Shown: positions 58,984 to 64,000 of the stretch, piece by piece
How the letters are laid out: every line of letters begins with the position of its first letter
Position numbering within the stretch: position 1 is the first letter of the stretch
Assembly (NCBI GenBank): GCA_049720225.1
Contig: JBNASD010000001.1
Location: 15,162 to 79,161, forward strand
Length of the DNA: 64,000 nucleotides
Source of the DNA: Microgenomates group bacterium
GTDB taxonomy: Bacteria > Patescibacteriota > Microgenomatia > PFEM01 > JBNASD01
Reading direction: 5' to 3'
Notes under the pieces: generated by a model
What the model saw: the letters and a program-made list of their open reading frames with translations, nothing else
The model's database searches: none
Told to the model about the DNA's origin: nothing
Translations under genes and position numbers: made by a program

Positions 58984-61584
58984 ATGGGTTTTCTTAAAAA
59001 TTGGAGGTGGCGGCAAAATTCCCCTTTTAAACACTCAAGAATTATTTTCTATTTAGGAGTTTTTTCGCTTTTTTTAGTTGGTTTTTTAATTTTTTTTACC
59101 CTTTTCCTTTTTGCCTGGTATAGTAAAGATCTTCCCTCTCCTGATAAAGTAGTGAGAAAAGAAGGATTTGCCACCAAAATTTATGATCGAGAAGGTAATC
59201 TTTTGTATGATGTTTTTAAGGAACAAAGAAGAATTCCTATTTCTTGGGAAGAAATTCCCGAGCATCTTAAAAATGCCACTATCGCTATTGAAGATAAAAA
59301 TTTTTATCAACATCGGGGGTTTGATGTTAAAGGAATTTTGCGAGCTATTCGGAATATAATTATTTATCGACGTCTTCAGGGAGGTTCTACTCTTACTCAA
59401 CAATTAGTTAAAAATACCTTATTAACTCCCCAAAGAACTTTAACTAGAAAAATTAAAGAATTTATTTTAGCAGTTCAAATAGAAAGTAAATATACGAAAG
59501 ATCAAATTCTTTTGATGTATCTTAATGAAGCGCCTTACGGAGGGACCGCTTGGGGAGTGGGAGCAGCCGCGGAAATTTATTTTGGAAAAAAAGTAAAAGA
59601 TTTAAATTTGGTGGAATCGGCAATTTTAGCAGGTTTGCCTCAACGACCTTCTTTTTATTCTCCTTTTAGTGGTAATGATAATGCCTACATCGGAAGAACT
59701 CACCAGGTATTAAGAAGAATGAGAGAAGATGGATATATTACCCCCCAACAGGAGGAGGAAGCAAAAAAACAACTAGAGGAAATAAAATTTTCTAGTCCGG
59801 GAGTCGCTTTTAAAGCACCTCATTTTGTGATGTATGTTAAAAAACAACTTGAAGAAAAATATGGTCAGGAGATAGTAGAAAAAGGAGGGTTAAGAGTAAC
59901 TACTAGTTTAGATTTAAAAATTCAAGAAGAAGCAGAGAAAATTGTAAAAGAAGAAATCGCGAAAGTGGAAGAAAAATATCACATCACTAATGGCGCTGCG
60001 GTAGTGGTTAATCCTCAAACTGGGGAAATTTTAGCAATGGTGGGTTCTAAAGATTACAATGATCCTAATTATGACGGAAAAGTAAATGTCACTTTATCCC
60101 TTCGTCAACCTGGCTCCGCTATTAAACCAGTAACGTACGTTACCGCTTTCAAAAAAGGTTATACCCCTGCTACCTTATTAATGGATACTCCTACCGTTTT
60201 TAAAATTCCCGGTCAACCAGATTACAAACCAGTCAATTATGATGGGAAATTTCATGGACCAATGCAAGTTCGTTACGCGTTAGGGAATTCGATTAATATT
60301 CCGGCAATTAAAATGTTGGCTATCGTGGGGATAAAAGAAATGCTTAAAACTGCTTATGAAATGGGAATTACTAGTTTAGAACCAAATGAAGAAAATTTAA
60401 AAAGACTAGGTTTATCAGTTACTTTAGGAGGAGGAGAAGTAAGGCTTTTAGAAATCACCACCGCTTATTCTGCTTTTGCTAACGGCGGTTTAAAGGTAGA
60501 GCCGGTAAGCATTTTAAAGGTGACAGACAGTAAAGGAAAAGTTTTAGAAGAAATTAAACCAGGACCAAAAAAAAGAGTTTTGAAAGAATCAGAGGCATTT
60601 TTGATTTCTCATATTTTGGCTGATAATTCAGCGAGATTGATTACGTTTGGATCGCAGAGTGCACTAGTAATCCCTGGAAGAACGGTAGCCGTAAAAACGG
60701 GAACAACTAATGATCGACGGGATAATTGGGCTATTGGTTGGACACCGCAAGTAGTAGTAGGAGTTTGGGTGGGAAACAATGACAATTCACCGATGAAAGG
60801 TTTGGTCTCGGGAGTTAGTGGTGCTGCTCCCATTTGGCGAAGAATTATTCAATATGCTTTAAAAGGTAAACCTAATTTAGAATTCATTCCTCCTTCTGAC
60901 ATTGTTACCACTGAAGTAGATGTTGTTTCGGGTTATCGAGCTCATGATGGTTTTCCTTCTCGGACAGAGTATTTTATTAAAGGAACGGAACCAACAGGAG
61001 AAGATCCGGTTCATGTAAAGCTTAAACTTTGTCGCGGTCAGGAAAAATTAGCCACTCCCGCCCAAATTGCCCGGGGTGATTATGAAGAAAGGGAATATTT
61101 TATTTTTAAAGAAGAAGATCCGGTAAGTACAGATGGAGTGAATCGTTGGCAGGAAGGAATTAATCAATGGTTAGCTACCCAAGGAGATTCTCGGTATCAT
61201 CCACCAACTGAATATTGTGGTGACACTGGAGAAATGGTAGTGAGGATTTTAAAACCAAGCAACGAAAGTCAAATAAACAATAATGAAGTAGAAGTAGAGA
61301 TAGAAGTCGCCAGTATTAATCGGGTAACTAAAATTCAGATTTTTGTTGACGATAATCTAAAAGAAGAATTAACATCTCGCCCGTACAAGAGGATTTTAGT
61401 TATTGCCGATGGTCCTCATAAAATAAAAATAAAAGCCTTCGATGAAAAAGGAAATTCAGCAGAAAGTGAAATAAAAATTGGAGTAAATGTTCCTTGGAAT
61501 TGGTCTCCTTCTCCCTCCCCTACTCCTACTTTATTCTTTTCACCAACACCGACAATTAATTTTACTTCCCCTACTCCTTCTTAA
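58984..61584 (+). CDS. class A penicillin-binding protein (PBP1A: glycosyltransferase + transpeptidase) with C-terminal Ig-like extension and S/P/T tail
   Basis: GT51 motifs (EDKNFYQHRGFD; GGSTLTQQL); TPase SAIKP, SIN, KTGT. The C-terminus ends WNWSPSPSPTPTLFFSPTPTINFTSPTPS. Confidence 0.9.
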   Translation: MGFLKNWRWRQNSPFKHSRIIFYLGVFSLFLVGFLIFFTLFLFAWYSKDLPSPDKVVRKEGFATKIYDREGNLLYDVFKEQRRIPISWEEIPEHLKNATIAIEDKNFYQHRGFDVKGILRAIRNIIIYRRLQGGSTLTQQLVKNTLLTPQRTLTRKIKEFILAVQIESKYTKDQILLMYLNEAPYGGTAWGVGAAAEIYFGKKVKDLNLVESAILAGLPQRPSFYSPFSGNDNAYIGRTHQVLRRMREDGYITPQQEEEAKKQLEEIKFSSPGVAFKAPHFVMYVKKQLEEKYGQEIVEKGGLRVTTSLDLKIQEEAEKIVKEEIAKVEEKYHITNGAAVVVNPQTGEILAMVGSKDYNDPNYDGKVNVTLSLRQPGSAIKPVTYVTAFKKGYTPATLLMDTPTVFKIPGQPDYKPVNYDGKFHGPMQVRYALGNSINIPAIKMLAIVGIKEMLKTAYEMGITSLEPNEENLKRLGLSVTLGGGEVRLLEITTAYSAFANGGLKVEPVSILKVTDSKGKVLEEIKPGPKKRVLKESEAFLISHILADNSARLITFGSQSALVIPGRTVAVKTGTTNDRRDNWAIGWTPQVVVGVWVGNNDNSPMKGLVSGVSGAAPIWRRIIQYALKGKPNLEFIPPSDIVTTEVDVVSGYRAHDGFPSRTEYFIKGTEPTGEDPVHVKLKLCRGQEKLATPAQIARGDYEEREYFIFKEEDPVSTDGVNRWQEGINQWLATQGDSRYHPPTEYCGDTGEMVVRILKPSNESQINNNEVEVEIEVASINRVTKIQIFVDDNLKEELTSRPYKRILVIADGPHKIKIKAFDEKGNSAESEIKIGVNVPWNWSPSPSPTPTLFFSPTPTINFTSPTPS

Positions 61585-61636
61585 ATTTATCTTTAACTTG
61601 ACAAAAAAGATATAATAAAATTTAAAGAAGATCAAA

Positions 61637-61963
61637 ATGACTCGTTCTCTTGAAAGAAGAATTCCTTAGCCGGAAGGGGTAAAAGTTACTGAAGGTGGGT
61701 GGCAAAGAGGTCCTTCTTTTGAAAATTTTTTAAAAAGACAGGGAATAGAAATCGATTCCTCTCTTTCTCCCTTAGAGAAAAGATTATTAGAAAGATTTTA
61801 TTGTTATCGTCAAAGAGTGGCTGCTGGAGTTATAGAACCAGATAAAGCGGCAAGACGTTTTGAAAGGTTGGTAAATAAAGCAATAAAAAATCCTGAAGAA
61901 GTAGAAGAATTTTATAAAAAAAATGAATCCTTGATTACTCTTATTAGAGATAACGTTAGATAA
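61637..61963 (+). pseudogene. 108-codon ORF interrupted by an in-frame TAG at codon 11 (61667..61669); hypothetical
   Basis: ATG at 61637: MTRSLERRIP-TAG-PEGVKVTEGGWQRGPSFENFLKRQGIEIDSSLSPLEKRLLERFYCYRQRVAAGVIEPDKAARRFERLVNKAIKNPEEVEEFYKKNESLITLIRDNVR*. There is no in-frame ATG after the TAG for 45 codons, though the coding-like composition continues. Confidence 0.35.
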
Positions 61964-61965
61964 AA

Positions 61966-63987
61966 TTAATTTTTAAGAACAATTCCTAATTTTTCTTTAA
62001 GTTGACTAATAATTTTTTCTCTAATAACTTTTATTTCTTCATCACTTAAATTCCTTTCTTCACTTTGATAAGTGATTCTAAAAGTTCGAGTATTTTTGAA
62101 ATAATCGATTAATTCTACAGTTTTAATTATTGGACTTACTTGTTTAATTAATTGGATTACCGTTTCGACATTAATTTTTTTGTCAAAAACAAAGGCTAAA
62201 TCTTCGATTACAGGAGGAAAATTACTTAAAGGAGTGTATTTTTTAATTGGATTATGAAATTTAACCAATTTTTCAAGATTAATTTCTAATATAGTTACCG
62301 ATTCCTCTAAAGAAAACTTTTCTAAAATTTCTGGTTTTATTTCTCCTAAAATCCCTATTAATTCATTATTTAATAAAATTTCCGCTCCTCTATTGGAAGA
62401 AATTAACTGAGAATAAAAACCAGATTTTAAGGAGAGATTTTTAAATACCATTTTTTCTATTCCCATTTCTTTAACAATATTTTCCAAAATTCCTTTAAGA
62501 TAAAAGAAATCGCTTTTGTTAATAGCTATTGTTAAGGTAGAGATTTCTTGAGGTAATTTATTTTTTCCTTGAGGAAGATAAATATTAGCAATTTCAAAAA
62601 TCTTTATTTCCTGGTAAATTTTATTTTTTCTAATTACTTCTAACAGTGAAGGGATAAGGGAAATTCTTAAATATTCCCATTCTTCTGATAAAGGATTAGC
62701 TACTTTTAGACAATTTTTAGGAAGAATACTTAAATTTTCTAACCACTTTTTACTTATCATTGAATAGTTAACTGTTTCCGTAAATCCCCAATATTTAAGC
62801 ATTTCTTTAATTTTTTCTTCCCAATAGAAAAGATTATTTTTTGGTCTTAAAGGAATTTCTCCTTGGGGAAGAATGGAAGGAAGACGATGATACCCATAAA
62901 TTCGGGCAATTTCTTCAATTAAATCTTCAGGGATATTAATATCTCCTAATCGCCAATGAGGAGGAATTGCTTCCAGATAATTAGAAAAGGTTTTTACTTT
63001 AAATCCTAAATTTTTAAGGATTTCTTCTCCCTTTTTAAGAGAAAAAGAAATTCCCATTACTTGATTAAGTTTTTCTTGGGTAAGTTTTATTTTAGGAAAT
63101 TGAGGGGGATGAGGATAAATGTCAATTAATTTACTGGCTACTTTTGCCTGACAGTTTTTTTCAAAAAGAAGAATTGCCCTTTTCATCGCTAAAATCACTC
63201 CCTCCGGATCAACTCCCTTTTCAAATCTTTGCGCCGCTTCTGTGCGAAAACTTAATTTTTGGCAAGTTTGCCTAATTCTTGCTGGATCATAGGTTTGAAT
63301 AAAAAGTAATACTCTTTTGGTGCTTTTATCAACCGCTGAATTTTCTCCTCCCATAATACCGCAAAGATCAATTATTCTTCTTTTTCCATCTTCAATGATA
63401 ATTGCCCCCTGAGGTAAAATTCTTTTTTGGCCATCTAAAGTAATAATTTCCTCTCCTTCCTTAGCTTCTCTTAAAATCATTTTTGCCCGCAGAATTTTAT
63501 CGTAATCAAAAGTATGCATTGGTTGTCCTAATTCCAGCATTAAATAGTTAGAAATATCAACTACATTATTTAAGGCTCTGATTCCTGATTTTTCTAATCT
63601 TTCTTGAATAATTTTTGGTGAAGGACCAATTTTTACTTCATCAAAAATTAAAGCAGTAAATCGTGGACAAAGACTCTCTTTAGTAATGGTAACATCTAAA
63701 GGAAGACTTTTTTCAACTAAAGGAATTTCTTTTATTTCTATTGGTTTTAGTTCTGCTTTTATTTTAAATTGGGGTAGAATTGCTGATAATTCACGAGCAA
63801 TACCATAAACCGAAAGGCAGTCAGAACGGTTGGTAGTGATTTCGATTTCATAAATATAATCATCCTTTTGGGGGATGATTTTTTCTACTGATTGACTACA
63901 CAAAGAAAGATAATCCGCAATTTGTTTATAATTAGCGGTTGTTTTTAAATATTCCTTAAGCCAAGAATAGGGTACTAAGATATTCAT
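61966..63987 (-). CDS. pheT: phenylalanyl-tRNA synthetase beta subunit
   Basis: 673 aa. B3/4 and B5 domains and a C-terminal FDX-ACB-like region (MNILVPYSWLKEYL start). Confidence 0.9.
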   Translation of the reverse strand: MNILVPYSWLKEYLKTTANYKQIADYLSLCSQSVEKIIPQKDDYIYEIEITTNRSDCLSVYGIARELSAILPQFKIKAELKPIEIKEIPLVEKSLPLDVTITKESLCPRFTALIFDEVKIGPSPKIIQERLEKSGIRALNNVVDISNYLMLELGQPMHTFDYDKILRAKMILREAKEGEEIITLDGQKRILPQGAIIIEDGKRRIIDLCGIMGGENSAVDKSTKRVLLFIQTYDPARIRQTCQKLSFRTEAAQRFEKGVDPEGVILAMKRAILLFEKNCQAKVASKLIDIYPHPPQFPKIKLTQEKLNQVMGISFSLKKGEEILKNLGFKVKTFSNYLEAIPPHWRLGDINIPEDLIEEIARIYGYHRLPSILPQGEIPLRPKNNLFYWEEKIKEMLKYWGFTETVNYSMISKKWLENLSILPKNCLKVANPLSEEWEYLRISLIPSLLEVIRKNKIYQEIKIFEIANIYLPQGKNKLPQEISTLTIAINKSDFFYLKGILENIVKEMGIEKMVFKNLSLKSGFYSQLISSNRGAEILLNNELIGILGEIKPEILEKFSLEESVTILEINLEKLVKFHNPIKKYTPLSNFPPVIEDLAFVFDKKINVETVIQLIKQVSPIIKTVELIDYFKNTRTFRITYQSEERNLSDEEIKVIREKIISQLKEKLGIVLKN

Positions 63988-64000
63988 TTTAAAATTGTTC

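Noticed and set aside
61600-61636. Promoter TTGACA...TATAAT upstream of the TAG-interrupted ORF (CTTGACAAAAAAGATATAATAAA).
   Set aside because: The spacer between the TTGACA and the TATAAT-like element is only ~7 nt, far from the functional 16-18 nt range.

Overview
This 64 kb window is a densely coded (~90%), AT-rich chromosome segment (GC by eye ~35%). I infer a reduced-genome bacterium, very likely of the Candidate Phyla Radiation / Patescibacteria type. The inference rests on many shortened core proteins, a secretin-less type IV pilus locus and standard code 11 (TGA is used as a stop, e.g. thyX, tmk).

Content is overwhelmingly housekeeping:
- Nucleotide and one-carbon metabolism: topA (5' partial), then a coherent dTMP/one-carbon module dcd-thyX-tmk-glyA-folD.
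- Translation and proteases: rpsB-tsf-frr-rseP; an MNT/HEPN toxin-antitoxin pair; proS; yvcK-like; a DHH phosphoesterase; rpsU.
- Replication and repair: dnaX-ybaB-recR plus two appended hypothetical genes; cysS; ychF; rpsF-ssb-rpsR; ctpA; htrA.
- An N-terminally truncated RF1-like release factor, rpmE, hisS, two secreted repeat proteins, an MBL hydrolase, dnaB, tRNA-Leu(CAA).
- Envelope and regulation: lgt-like, dksA-like, rluA-family, LCP-like, yebC.
- An 897-bp ORF-free region in front of a xerC-like tyrosine recombinase driven by a perfect sigma70-consensus promoter; then gyrA, gyrB, holB.
- A ~12.5 kb type IV pilus locus (pilB, pilT, pilC, pilD, eleven prepilin-type genes including a tandem paralog array, pilM/N/O).
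- KH-rpsP-rnc-nusB-rpmF, recG, PBP1A, pheT.

Most unusual items:
1. A frameshifted winged-HTH/Cas2-like pseudogene flanked by 21-bp direct repeats (11.1-11.8 kb).
2. A two-gene module translationally coupled to recR, one gene with foreign-looking codon usage.
3. A release factor lacking domain 1.
4. The pilin paralog array, including a pilin with a Cys-rich C-terminal module.
5. The long non-coding tract next to the recombinase.
6. A conserved-looking ORF interrupted by an in-frame TAG next to pheT.

No CRISPR array, rRNA or obvious prophage was seen.
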